Made by a program: the position numbers and the translations under genes
Notes under the pieces: model-generated
The model's database searches: none
What the model was told of the DNA's origin: nothing
The model's input: the letters and a program-made list of their open reading frames with translations, nothing else
Part shown: one piece after another, positions 45,048 to 53,947 of the stretch
How the letters are laid out: each line of letters begins with the position of its first letter
How positions within the stretch are numbered: position 1 is the stretch's first letter
Assembly: GCA_902761055.1 (NCBI GenBank)
Contig: CACWIS010000005.1
Span: 31,248 to 95,247 of the forward strand
DNA length: 64,000 nucleotides
DNA from: Oscillospiraceae bacterium
GTDB lineage: Bacteria > Bacillota > Clostridia > Oscillospirales > Oscillospiraceae
Direction of reading: 5' to 3'

Positions 45048-47873
45048 ATGGATACCTTGACTTCGGATCTCGATCTGACAAGTGAATACGGCAGCATGTC
45101 CGTCGATGCGATCCTTGCGGAGTTCCGGGCCGAGTCGGCTCGTGACGCCGCAGGCTCGGATGCGCCCTCCGGCCGCGTCTCCCGGCGCGGAGAAGCGCAG
45201 ATAAAGAAAGCAAAGGGGGATCACCTTTCCATGCCTTCAAAGCACCGCAGCAAACACGAATCCCAGCGCCGCCGCGCCCCGGAAGAGCGGGCCGCGCGGG
45301 ACGCTTCTGCATATATGGAACAGCCGGAAGAAGACGCCGCTCTCCCCTACGGGGACGTGAGCGCGCCGCGTGAGCCGATCGCCGTGCCGGAGGAGCGCGT
45401 CTCCGCCGTGCGCGAGCCGGAGGAGCCCGAGCGCGCGGAGAGCGTCCCGGCGCCCGCTCCGAAGGCGGAGCGCCCCTCGGCCATGCCCTCGGCGACGGCG
45501 GCCCCGCCGCGCAAGAGCGCGCGGCCGAGCGACGAAGAGGTGCGCGAATTTCTCGACGCCTTCAAGCGCGGCGACTTTCTGAATCTGACCGAGCAGGAGG
45601 TCAGCAATCCGCCGATCCAGCCGGACGCGCGCTTCTACATGGGCGGCGAGCGGCCGAAGACCCTGCAGTACAACGGCGTCGAGATCGACACGAGCGCCGA
45701 TGAGAACTATACCGCCCCCGCCTCCGCCTCCTTCATCTCCAGCTATGCGCGGGACGACGGCGAGGACGACGCGGATGAGCCGGAGGCCCCCGCGGGCGCC
45801 CTCGGCCGGGTAGGCGCGAAGCTCTCCGGCATACTCGGCCGCGGCGAGCGCGCGGAACGCGAGGAGCGCGAGGAACGTGCGGAGCGCGTACAGAGCGTGC
45901 GGCCGCAGCGCGGCGCCCACAGCGCCGAACCGGTCGAACGCCCGCGCCGCAAGCCGAAGGAGAGCGTGCGCGTCGAGCAGGAGACGATTCCCTCCGCTTA
46001 TGAGAAGGCCAAGGAAAAAGCGGAAGACGACGCGCGTTTCGAGGCGTCCTTCACCGATTACGGCGAGGGCGAATACGCCGTCAAACGCGAATTTGAAAAG
46101 CCCGACTACGACGACCTCTACGACGAGGCCGCGAATCCCGGCACCTTCCGCGAATACCTCTTCGCCCGCGCGGCGGCCTTTCTCTATTCCTTCCGCCGCG
46201 CCAGCTCCACCGGCTCGAACACGATGGAGGAGGACGAGGAGGACCTCGGCCGCGAGGTCAGCTGTGCCAAGGCCTCGAAGTACTACGGCAGCTACATCCG
46301 CTCGATGCGGATGCGCCTGCGCATCAGCGGGATCCTGCTCTTCATCATGATCTGGATCTCCCTGGGTCTGCCCGTCCCGGGCATGCTCAAGACGACGGCG
46401 GTCTCCAACGCCGTCTGTCTGGGGATGCAGCTCGGCATCATGCTGCTGTGCCTCGACACGCTCACGACCGGCGTGATGAACGCCGTGCGCGGCAAGCTCG
46501 GCGCGGACGGCATGGCCGTGCTGTGCTGCATCGTGACCTCTCTTGACGCGATCCTGACCGCGAAGGCGGACTTTGCCTCGCCGCATCTGGCGCTGTGCCT
46601 GATCTCCTCGCTCTCCCTCACCGGTGAGATGTTCGCCTCGGTGCTGCATGCGCGCGCGATGCGCAAGTCTCTGCGCGTCCCGGCGATCGGCAAGCGCTGC
46701 TTTGCCGTCACCGCCGAGACCGACCCGGCCTCGGGCGAGGTCACGATCCTCAAGTCCGTGCGGCCGCCGCTGGGCTTCGTGCGCCGCAGCGAGCAGTCCT
46801 CTCCGGACGAGATCCTCTTCCGCAAGCTCTCGCTGCCGCTGCTGACCGTCAGCTTTCTGCTGGCGATCGCGATCGCGCTGCTGAAGAAGGACTTTGCGGA
46901 CTTCCTGTACATATTCTCCGTCACGCTCTGCCCCGCCGTGCCCTTTGCGGCGATGTGCTGCTATTCCCTGCCCTTCTTCCTCGGCTCGATGCGTATTTTC
47001 CCGAGCGGCGCGGCCATCGCCGGCTGGTCGGGCATGAGCGACATCGGCCAGAGCAAGAACCTGATCGTGACCGACCGCGACCTCTTCCCGGACGGGACCG
47101 TGGAGATCGGTACGATCCGCATCTTCGCCGACGAAAACCCCAATCTGATCATCTCCTACGCCGGCAGCATGATGGCCGCGGCCGGGAGCTGCGCTGCCGT
47201 CTCCTTCGGCGAGCTGATGGAGCGCAACGGCTGCCGCACGCACAAGATCGAAAACTTCGAGTTCCTCGCCGGCGGCGGCATGAAGGGTGTGATCGACGGC
47301 AAGATCATCCTCTGCGGCAGCACGGATCTGATGCGTCTGATGAACGTCCGCATCCCCTTCCGTCTCGTGGACAAGACCTCGGTGCTGCTTGCGGTCGACG
47401 GCATCCTCTGCGGCATTTTCAACATGAAATACACCGCCAAGCCCCAGGTGCGCGAGGCGCTGATCGATCTGATGCGCTCCAACCGCCACCCGGTCTTCGC
47501 GATCCGCGACTTCAACGTCACGCCGGAGATGCTGCACGTCGCCTTTGACGTGGCGACCGACGGCTACGACTTCCCGCCCTATATCGAACGCTTCGAGATG
47601 TCGGCGGCGACGCCCTCGGAGGACAGTCAGATCGCCGCGGTCATCTGCCGCGAGGGGCTCGGCCCGCTCGTCCACACGGCGGACACGGCCCGCAGCATCT
47701 ATACCGCTACGCGCCTCAACACGCTGCTCACCTCGATCAGCGCCTTTCTCGGCGTTGCGCTCGCCGCGGTCAAGCTCCTCGGCGCGGGCAGCCTTCCGAT
47801 CAGCTTTCTGTTCCTGTTCATGCTCTTCTGGGCGCTCGCGACCGCCGCGATCAGCTTCTTCACCCGCATCTGA
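45048..47873 (+). CDS. P1B-type (heavy-metal) ATPase-like membrane protein with degenerate catalytic motifs and a long disordered N-terminal region
   Basis: 941 aa. Residues 1 to about 400 are low-complexity and rich in E, R, A and P. The C-terminal half is collinear with CopA-type ATPases, but DKTGT is DRDLF, TGDN is IRDF, the GDGxND hinge is absent and CPC is CPA. Confidence 0.7.
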   Translation: MDTLTSDLDLTSEYGSMSVDAILAEFRAESARDAAGSDAPSGRVSRRGEAQIKKAKGDHLSMPSKHRSKHESQRRRAPEERAARDASAYMEQPEEDAALPYGDVSAPREPIAVPEERVSAVREPEEPERAESVPAPAPKAERPSAMPSATAAPPRKSARPSDEEVREFLDAFKRGDFLNLTEQEVSNPPIQPDARFYMGGERPKTLQYNGVEIDTSADENYTAPASASFISSYARDDGEDDADEPEAPAGALGRVGAKLSGILGRGERAEREEREERAERVQSVRPQRGAHSAEPVERPRRKPKESVRVEQETIPSAYEKAKEKAEDDARFEASFTDYGEGEYAVKREFEKPDYDDLYDEAANPGTFREYLFARAAAFLYSFRRASSTGSNTMEEDEEDLGREVSCAKASKYYGSYIRSMRMRLRISGILLFIMIWISLGLPVPGMLKTTAVSNAVCLGMQLGIMLLCLDTLTTGVMNAVRGKLGADGMAVLCCIVTSLDAILTAKADFASPHLALCLISSLSLTGEMFASVLHARAMRKSLRVPAIGKRCFAVTAETDPASGEVTILKSVRPPLGFVRRSEQSSPDEILFRKLSLPLLTVSFLLAIAIALLKKDFADFLYIFSVTLCPAVPFAAMCCYSLPFFLGSMRIFPSGAAIAGWSGMSDIGQSKNLIVTDRDLFPDGTVEIGTIRIFADENPNLIISYAGSMMAAAGSCAAVSFGELMERNGCRTHKIENFEFLAGGGMKGVIDGKIILCGSTDLMRLMNVRIPFRLVDKTSVLLAVDGILCGIFNMKYTAKPQVREALIDLMRSNRHPVFAIRDFNVTPEMLHVAFDVATDGYDFPPYIERFEMSAATPSEDSQIAAVICREGLGPLVHTADTARSIYTATRLNTLLTSISAFLGVALAAVKLLGAGSLPISFLFLFMLFWALATAAISFFTRI

Positions 47874-47897
47874 CCGCCTTCGCCGGGATTTTCTATC

Positions 47898-47926
47898 TTG
47901 CCAAAGGCAAAGGGATAGTGTATACT
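47898..47926 (+). promoter_or_regulatory. sigma-70 promoter for the EF-G paralogue
   Basis: TTGCCA (47898-47903), 17 nt, TATACT (47921-47926). Confidence 0.5.
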
Positions 47927-47996
47927 TAATTAGTGATGCTGAAATCGTTGTACCAAAACGCTTTTCATATATCTTCACAGAGAGGAATCGACACAC

Positions 47997-50006
47997 ATGG
48001 AAACTAAAAACATCCGCAACATCTGCCTGATCGGCCACGGCAACTCCGGCAAGACCAGCCTGGCGGAGAGCATGCTCTTCGTCACCGGCGCGATCGACCG
48101 TATGGGCAAGGTCAGCGACGGCAACACCGTCTGCGACTACGACGCCGAAGAGATCGCCCGTCAGATCACCATTTCCACCGCCGTCGCCCCGGTGAGCTTC
48201 GGCGGCTGCAAGATCAATGTTCTCGACTGCCCCGGCTACTTCGACTTTGTCGGCGACGTGCTCTGCGCGCTGCGCGCGGTCGAGGCCGGCGTGATCGTCC
48301 TCTCCGCGAAGGACACGGCGGAGAACGTCGCCGTCGGCGCCCAGCGCAGTTGGAAATACCTCAAGAAGGCCGAGCTGCCCGTCATGTTCTGCGTCTCCAA
48401 GTGCAACGAGGAGCACGGCGACTACTTCAAGGCGCTCGCGACCCTCAAGGGCAAGTACGGCAGCATCGTCTGCCCCGTCACCATCCCCAGCTCCGACGGC
48501 AAGGGCGTCATCGACCTCGTGCACAACGTCGCCTACGTCACCAACGGGGCGAAGGTCGAGAAGGCCGCCGTTCCCGCTGCGGACGCCGGTCACGTTGAGG
48601 ACCTGCGCGCCGAGCTGATGGAGGCCGCCGCCGGCGCCACCGAGGAGCTGATGGAAAAGTTCTTCGAGAACATGGAGCTCGAAGAGGCCGATATCATCGA
48701 GGGTCTGAAGGTCGGCGTGAAGGAGCGCGCGGTCGTTCCCGTCTTCGCCACCGACGCCATGACCAACGTCGGCACCGTCGCCATGCTCCAGGGCATCGCG
48801 GACTACTGCCCCGCCCCCGAGGAGAAGGCGGGCCCGACGCTCGGCTTCGTGTTCAAGACCATTTCCGACAAGTTCGGCAAGTACAGCTTCATCAAGGTCC
48901 TGGCCGGCTCCGTCAACGCGGGCATGAGCCTGCGCAACTGCCGCGCCTCCAGCACCGATAAGCTCGGCCGTCTCTACACCATGTGCGGCAAGAAGACCGC
49001 CGAGGTCGACGGCGCCTGCTGCGGCGACATCGTCGCCGTCGGCAAGATGGACTGGAAGACCGGCGACGTCGTCGTCGATTCCAGGGAAGACGTCGAGCTG
49101 CCCGCCATCGAGCTGCCCGATCCGATGTACTCCATGGCCATCGCCCCCAAGACGAAGGGCCAGGACGACAAGGTCGCGGCCGGTCTCGCCAAGCTGGGCG
49201 AGGAGGATATCTCCTTCACGCTCGTCAACAACGCCGAGACGCACCAGATGGTCATCTCCGGCGAGGGCGACATCCAGATCGGCGTGCTCTGCTCCAAGCT
49301 CAAGAACCTCTACAACGTCGAGACCGAGCTGCTTCCCGCGCGCGTCGCGTACCGCGAGAAGATCAAGGGCAAGGTCGAGGCGCACGGCCGCCACAAGAAG
49401 CAGTCCGGCGGCAGTGGCCAGTTCGGCGACGTGTGGATCCGCTTCGAGCCGCAGGAGGAGCAGGACGACATGATCTTCGCCGAGGAGGTCTTCGGCGGCT
49501 CCGTTCCCAAAAACTTCTTCCCCTCCGTTGAAAAGGGTCTGCGCAACGCGGTGCAGAAGGGCGTCCTGGCGGGCTACCCGCTCGTCGGCCTGAAGGCCAC
49601 GCTGTACGACGGCTCCTACCACCCGGTCGACTCCAACGATATGGCCTTCCAGACCGCGGCCCGTCTGGCCTATCAGGACGGCATCCCCAAGGCGCGTCCC
49701 ACGATCCTCGAGCCGATCGGCCAGCTCTTCGTCACGATCCCCGACGAGTACCAGGGCGCCATCATCGGCGACATCAACTCCAAGCGCCGCGGCACGATGA
49801 TGGGCTCCATGCCCGCCGAGGACGGCATGACCACCATCGAGGCCGAGGTCCCGATGGCCGAGATGAGCACCTACACGATCGATCTGCGCTCCATGACCCA
49901 GGGCGCCGGCTCCTTCACCTGCAAGTTTGTGCGTTACGAGGAAGCCCCCGGCAACGTCCAGCAGAAGGTCATCGAGGAAGCCAAGGCTCTGGCCGAGGCC
50001 GAGTGA
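47997..50006 (+). CDS. elongation factor G paralogue (EF-G-like translational GTPase)
   Basis: 669 aa. G1 is GHGNSGKTS, switch I is QITI, G3 is DCPGY and G4 is SKCN. EF-G domains II to V are recognisable (for example HKKQSGGSGQFGDV and YHPVDSN). Confidence 0.85.
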   Translation: METKNIRNICLIGHGNSGKTSLAESMLFVTGAIDRMGKVSDGNTVCDYDAEEIARQITISTAVAPVSFGGCKINVLDCPGYFDFVGDVLCALRAVEAGVIVLSAKDTAENVAVGAQRSWKYLKKAELPVMFCVSKCNEEHGDYFKALATLKGKYGSIVCPVTIPSSDGKGVIDLVHNVAYVTNGAKVEKAAVPAADAGHVEDLRAELMEAAAGATEELMEKFFENMELEEADIIEGLKVGVKERAVVPVFATDAMTNVGTVAMLQGIADYCPAPEEKAGPTLGFVFKTISDKFGKYSFIKVLAGSVNAGMSLRNCRASSTDKLGRLYTMCGKKTAEVDGACCGDIVAVGKMDWKTGDVVVDSREDVELPAIELPDPMYSMAIAPKTKGQDDKVAAGLAKLGEEDISFTLVNNAETHQMVISGEGDIQIGVLCSKLKNLYNVETELLPARVAYREKIKGKVEAHGRHKKQSGGSGQFGDVWIRFEPQEEQDDMIFAEEVFGGSVPKNFFPSVEKGLRNAVQKGVLAGYPLVGLKATLYDGSYHPVDSNDMAFQTAARLAYQDGIPKARPTILEPIGQLFVTIPDEYQGAIIGDINSKRRGTMMGSMPAEDGMTTIEAEVPMAEMSTYTIDLRSMTQGAGSFTCKFVRYEEAPGNVQQKVIEEAKALAEAE

Positions 50007-50023
50007 TCGATTTCCGGCAACTG

Positions 50024-50054
50024 AAAAACGGCGGGGTCCTCCCGCCGTTTTTTG
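50024..50054 (+). terminator. intrinsic terminator
   Basis: Stem AAAACGGCGGG/CCCGCCGTTTT followed by TTT. Confidence 0.8.
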
Positions 50055-50096
50055 ACAGCTCCACGTTCAATCCACCGCCCTGGGAGGGTGAAAGCG

Positions 50097-50912
50097 ATGT
50101 TCGACAGGCTCAACGGTCTTAAAAACATGATATGGGCGATCTCGATCGTGCTGTGTCTTCTGGCGCTGTTCGTCGGCTTTATCTTCGCCGCCGTCACGCC
50201 CTACCACGGCGAGTCCGACCCGCGCACGCCGGATCTCAACGCCGTCAGGGAGCAGAACGCCGGGACCGACGTCGAGGCGCTGAACTTTGTCGAGCCGGAC
50301 GGCGCGCTGCATGCGCTGGGCGAGACGAAGGATGCGGGCGCCGGCTATCTGAGCTCCTCTGTGTTCCTCACCGACAGCGTGATGCTTGCGCTGCGCGAGC
50401 AGGCGCTCACGGGCGGCGACGTCTGGAGCAGCGAAAACGGCTTCCTTTCGATGGAAAACATCGCCAACTGGGGCATCCTCTACAGCGACGGCTCGCGCAT
50501 CTCCCCTGCCGACGCCTGCATGATCACCAAGCCCTCTCTGCTCTTCATCGCCGTCGGCAGCGACGGGCTGGCCTCCGTCACGGAGCAGGACTTCATCTCC
50601 GGCTACGAGGCGCTGATCCGCGGCATCCAGGCCGTCAGCCCCGACACGAAGATCGTCTGCTGCTCGGTCGCGCCGGTCGGCGTGAACTACGCCTCGCTCG
50701 ACGGACTGACCACCAGTATGGCCAGCCAGGCGACCGAATGGGTGCAGCAGGTCTGCACCGACACCGGCGTCTACTATGCCGATACGGCTTCCGTGCTGCG
50801 CAGCGGCATCGACCTCAACCCGAAATACGCCGCCTCGAACGACAAAACGCTCAACACCGCCGGTCTGCAGGCCGTGCTGGGCTATCTGCGCTCTCACGCC
50901 GTGGGCGGCTGA
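50097..50912 (+). CDS. membrane-anchored SGNH/GDSL-hydrolase-like protein
   Basis: Internal ATG at 50097 with GGGAGGGTG upstream. One N-terminal TM segment. Block-I-like FLTDSVM and block-III-like AVGSDG are present. Block V reads NDKTLN, so no DxxH histidine is seen. Confidence 0.55.
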   Translation: MFDRLNGLKNMIWAISIVLCLLALFVGFIFAAVTPYHGESDPRTPDLNAVREQNAGTDVEALNFVEPDGALHALGETKDAGAGYLSSSVFLTDSVMLALREQALTGGDVWSSENGFLSMENIANWGILYSDGSRISPADACMITKPSLLFIAVGSDGLASVTEQDFISGYEALIRGIQAVSPDTKIVCCSVAPVGVNYASLDGLTTSMASQATEWVQQVCTDTGVYYADTASVLRSGIDLNPKYAASNDKTLNTAGLQAVLGYLRSHAVGG

Positions 50913-50930
50913 CCCCCCATTGAAGGTTCG

Positions 50931-50967
50931 AAAAAGCTCCGGGAAATCGTCCCGGAGCTTTTTTTAT
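50931..50967 (+). terminator. intrinsic terminator
   Basis: Stem AAAAGCTCCGGGA/TCCCGGAGCTTTT followed by TTT. Confidence 0.85.
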
Positions 50968-51035
50968 CAAGATACTTGACAAAGCGATATTGCGGTGATA
51001 TCATTTTGATATCAAGTCAAAGGAGGACTTTGGAA

Positions 51036-52079
51036 ATGGAAGAAAAAATCCTCAATTCCAAAAAGAACGGCATGGCCGTGCTTCTGCTCTCGATCCTGCT
51101 CTACGTCGGCGCGATCCTGTGCGTCGTCTTCGGCGGCGTGATGCTTGACGACGGACGCATGGGCGGCGCGGCGCTGCTCGTCGTCGGCATCCTCTGGGTG
51201 CTGGCCGGCTGGATCCCCTTCTGCGGACTGAAGGTGCTCAAGCCCCAGGAGGCCTTGGTGCTGACGCTCTTCGGCAAATACATCGGCACGCTCAAGGGCG
51301 AGGGCTTCTACTTCGTCAATCCCTTCTGCGTCGGCGTCAACCCCGCCGCGGCCACCCGCCTCAACCAGAGCGGCGACGTGGACAGCGGCGCGCAGAACAA
51401 TCTGCTCGGCGTGCTCTCGAACGCCAACAGCGCCAACGCCGCCGCGGTCGCAGCCGCCGAGAGCGGCAAGAAGATCTCGCTGAAGATCATGACGCTCTCC
51501 AACAGCCGCCAGAAGATCAACGACTGCCTCGGCAACCCCATCGAGATCGGCATCGCCGTCATGTGGCGCGTGGTCGACACGGCCAAGGCCGTCTTCACCG
51601 TCGACAACTACAAGGAATACCTCTCGCTGCAGTGCGACAGCGCGCTGCGCGACATCGTGCGTATCTATCCCTACGACGTCGCGCCCGGTGTGGACACGAC
51701 CGGCGACGGCGTCGCCGACGAGGGCAGCCTGCGCGGCTCGTCCGAGACCGTGGCGCAGCGCATCCGCGACGAGATCCAGCAGAAGGTCGAGGCCGCGGGG
51801 CTGGAGATCCTCGAGGCCCGCATCACCTACCTTGCCTACGCGCCCGAGATCGCGGCCGTCATGCTGCAGCGCCAGCAGGCCCGCGCCATCATCGACGCGC
51901 GCAAGATGATCGTCGACGGCGCGGTCGGCATGGTGGAGATGGCGCTCGAGCGCCTCAGCGAGAAGAACACCGTCCAGCTCGACGAGGAGCGCAAGGCGGC
52001 GATGGTGTCCAACCTGCTTGTCGTGCTCTGCGGCAACAAGGACGCCCAGCCCGTCGTGAACTCCGGCAGCCTGTACTGA
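51036..52079 (+). CDS. SPFH/band-7 (stomatin-like) domain membrane protein
   Basis: Internal ATG at 51036 with AGGAGG 9 nt upstream. Two N-terminal TM segments, then an SPFH core ([16 protein letters not shown]...[16 protein letters not shown]) interrupted by an Ala/Asn-rich insert. Confidence 0.8.
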   Translation: MEEKILNSKKNGMAVLLLSILLYVGAILCVVFGGVMLDDGRMGGAALLVVGILWVLAGWIPFCGLKVLKPQEALVLTLFGKYIGTLKGEGFYFVNPFCVGVNPAAATRLNQSGDVDSGAQNNLLGVLSNANSANAAAVAAAESGKKISLKIMTLSNSRQKINDCLGNPIEIGIAVMWRVVDTAKAVFTVDNYKEYLSLQCDSALRDIVRIYPYDVAPGVDTTGDGVADEGSLRGSSETVAQRIRDEIQQKVEAAGLEILEARITYLAYAPEIAAVMLQRQQARAIIDARKMIVDGAVGMVEMALERLSEKNTVQLDEERKAAMVSNLLVVLCGNKDAQPVVNSGSLY

Positions 52080-52080
52080 T

Positions 52081-52284
52081 ATGGCCGACAACGCCAAGAA
52101 ACAGGTCCCGCTGCGCCTCTCGCCCAAGCTCTACGACGCGATCGCCGCCTGGGCGGAGGACGACTTCCGCTCGATCAACGGGCAGATCGAATACCTGCTC
52201 AGCGAGTGCGTGCGTCAGCGGAAGAAGAACGGCAAATACGTCTCGGACGAACTCGACGTTCCGCCCGAGCTGGACATTTCCTGA
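52081..52284 (+). CDS. Arc/MetJ-type ribbon-helix-helix protein
   Basis: 67 aa, starting 1 nt after the SPFH stop. [32 protein letters not shown] fits the RHH pattern. Confidence 0.65.
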   Translation: MADNAKKQVPLRLSPKLYDAIAAWAEDDFRSINGQIEYLLSECVRQRKKNGKYVSDELDVPPELDIS

Positions 52285-52297
52285 AAGGAGCATTACT

Positions 52298-53104
52298 ATG
52301 GACGGAATCACCCGCGTCCCGGCGCTGAACATGGCCGGCATGGCCGTGAGCCTGCTCGTCTCGCTCGCCGCGGTGATCGCGGTCTTCGTGTACGGCCGCA
52401 AAAAGCTCCGCGCGCCGGTCGCCAGCTTTTTTGTCGGCGTCGGCACCTTTGTGCTCTTCGCGCTGGTGCTCGAGTCGCTGCTTCACAACCTGATCTACCC
52501 CACGCCCGCGGGACAGAAAATCTGGGGAAACACCTGGCTCTACGCGCTCTACGGCGGCGCGGCCGCCGCGCTCTTCGAGGAGACGGGCCGCATCTTCGCC
52601 GCCAGGACCTTCCTGCGCAGACGGAACGACCCCGTGAACGCCTACATGTACGGCGCGGGCCACGGCGGCGTCGAGGCGCTGGCCGTCGGCGCGGTCACGC
52701 AGATCAGCAACCTGGCCCTTGCCGCGACGATCAACGCCGGCAAAGCCGCGGATATCCTCTCCCCGCTCTCCGGCGCGCAGTACGACTCCGCTCTGGCGCA
52801 GCTCCGCGCCCTCTGCGGCGAAGGCTCCGTCTTTTTCCTCGCCGGGTATGAGCGCATCCTCGCCATCGCGACCCACATCTGCCTGTCGATGCTCCTCTTC
52901 CGCGGTCTGCGCGAGCGCAGAGCGGGGCTCGTCGCGCTGTGCTACGTGCTGCATTTCGCGCTCGACGCGATCCTTGTGCTGATCAACAAGGCCTTCGGCA
53001 TGATCGCGGCGGAGGCACTCTGCACGGTCTTTGTGCTGCTCCTCTTGCTGCTGACGGCGAAGCTGGCTCCCCTGCCGAAGAAGGACGAGGAGGAGGCGGC
53101 ATGA
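52298..53104 (+). CDS. YhfC-family intramembrane metalloprotease
   Basis: ATG at 52298, 7 nt after AAAGGAG. Contains ALFEETGR and YGAGHGGVEA. Polytopic. The track ORF 51563-53104 begins in the wrong place. Confidence 0.7.
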   Translation: MDGITRVPALNMAGMAVSLLVSLAAVIAVFVYGRKKLRAPVASFFVGVGTFVLFALVLESLLHNLIYPTPAGQKIWGNTWLYALYGGAAAALFEETGRIFAARTFLRRRNDPVNAYMYGAGHGGVEALAVGAVTQISNLALAATINAGKAADILSPLSGAQYDSALAQLRALCGEGSVFFLAGYERILAIATHICLSMLLFRGLRERRAGLVALCYVLHFALDAILVLINKAFGMIAAEALCTVFVLLLLLLTAKLAPLPKKDEEEAA

Positions 53105-53565
53105 ACACGAAGCCGCGCATCGTCGACTACGTCTTCCTCGCGCTCGCCGTGCTGTGCTTTCTCTTCACGCTGATCCTCGTGATCGTGAAGTATCCCTCGC
53201 TGCCGGACGTGCTGCCGAGCCACTTCAACGCTCGCGGCGAGATCGACGGCTGGAGCGGCAAGTCCTCCGCGGCCTTTTTCCCCGCGATCATCGGCTTCAT
53301 CCTGCTGGCGATCCTGGGCCCGATCCAGTTTTTCCCCAAGCTCTGGAACAACACGCAGGGCGTGCCTGCCTACAAGCTGCCGCGCGTGATCCGCTCGACC
53401 CGCACGGGGCTTTGTCTGATGCTGTTTCTGACGGAAGGCTATTTTGCCTGCGTCGCGGTCTGCACGGCCCGGCTCTCGCCGATCCCCGTCTTCGTCAGCT
53501 ACCTTTTCATGGGGCTGACGGCGGCCGTCATCGTCTTTATCCTCATACAGACTTACCGGAAATAG
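53101..53565 (+). CDS. DUF1648-domain membrane protein
   Basis: ATGA overlap with the yhfC-like stop. LPDVLPSHFNARGEIDGWSGK is typical of DUF1648/SdpI-like N-termini. Confidence 0.7.
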   Translation: MNTKPRIVDYVFLALAVLCFLFTLILVIVKYPSLPDVLPSHFNARGEIDGWSGKSSAAFFPAIIGFILLAILGPIQFFPKLWNNTQGVPAYKLPRVIRSTRTGLCLMLFLTEGYFACVAVCTARLSPIPVFVSYLFMGLTAAVIVFILIQTYRK

Positions 53566-53597
53566 CGCCCCTCTCCCCCGCCGCTTCACGCTGCGGA

Positions 53598-53634
53598 AAC
53601 GCGGGCCGGAAACCCGGCCCGCGTTCCTTTTTCC
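53598..53634 (+). terminator. intrinsic terminator
   Basis: Stem AACGCGGGCCGG/CCGGCCCGCGTT followed by CCTTTTT. Confidence 0.8.
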
Positions 53635-53660
53635 CTTCTTCGATATTTTTTTTCACGAAT

Positions 53661-53726
53661 TTGTAAAGTTCGCTTGACATACTCTGTGTTGTGTGCTATG
53701 CTGCGCATGTAAAGTGAACTTTACAA
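53661..53726. promoter_or_regulatory. 11-nt perfect inverted repeat bracketing the XRE promoter (candidate operator pair)
   Basis: TTGTAAAGTTC (53661-53671) and GAACTTTACAA (53716-53726). Confidence 0.45.
53674..53702 (+). promoter_or_regulatory. sigma-70 promoter for the XRE-DUF2178-ABC operon
   Basis: TTGACA (53674-53679), 17 nt, TATGCT (53697-53702) preceded by TGC. Confidence 0.5.
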
Positions 53727-53737
53727 GGAGGATGCGC

Positions 53738-53947
53738 ATGAAAAACCGTATCGAGGAGATACGCCGGACGAAGGGCATCCGACAGGAGGAGTTCGCGCGG
53801 GCGATGGGCGTCTCGCGGCAGACGATCAGCTCGCTCGAGACGGGGCGCTACAACCCTTCGATCTTCCTGGCCTACCGCATCGCCCGGTATTTCGGCATGA
53901 CGATCGAGGAGGTCTTCCTCTTCGAAGAAAGCGAGGAAGGGAAATGA
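53738..53947 (+). CDS. small XRE-family HTH regulator
   Basis: ATG at 53738, 6 nt after AAGGAGG. Contains IRRTKGIRQEEFARAMGVSRQTISSLETGRYNPS. Confidence 0.85.
   Translation: MKNRIEEIRRTKGIRQEEFARAMGVSRQTISSLETGRYNPSIFLAYRIARYFGMTIEEVFLFEESEEGK

Noticed and set aside
45841-45890. A GAG/CGC-rich microsatellite-like run.
   Set aside because: It encodes the in-frame ERAEREEREERAER low-complexity segment of the disordered N-terminus of the 941-aa protein. There is no evidence of an independent function.
45237-49622. A 1461-aa ORF on the minus strand, the longest in the track.
   Set aside because: It lies antisense to two genes with clear homology signals, the P-type-ATPase-like gene and the EF-G paralogue. 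Its product is an Arg/Ala/Gly/Asp/His-rich low-complexity string typical of stop-poor antisense frames in high-GC DNA, and it has no recognisable motifs.
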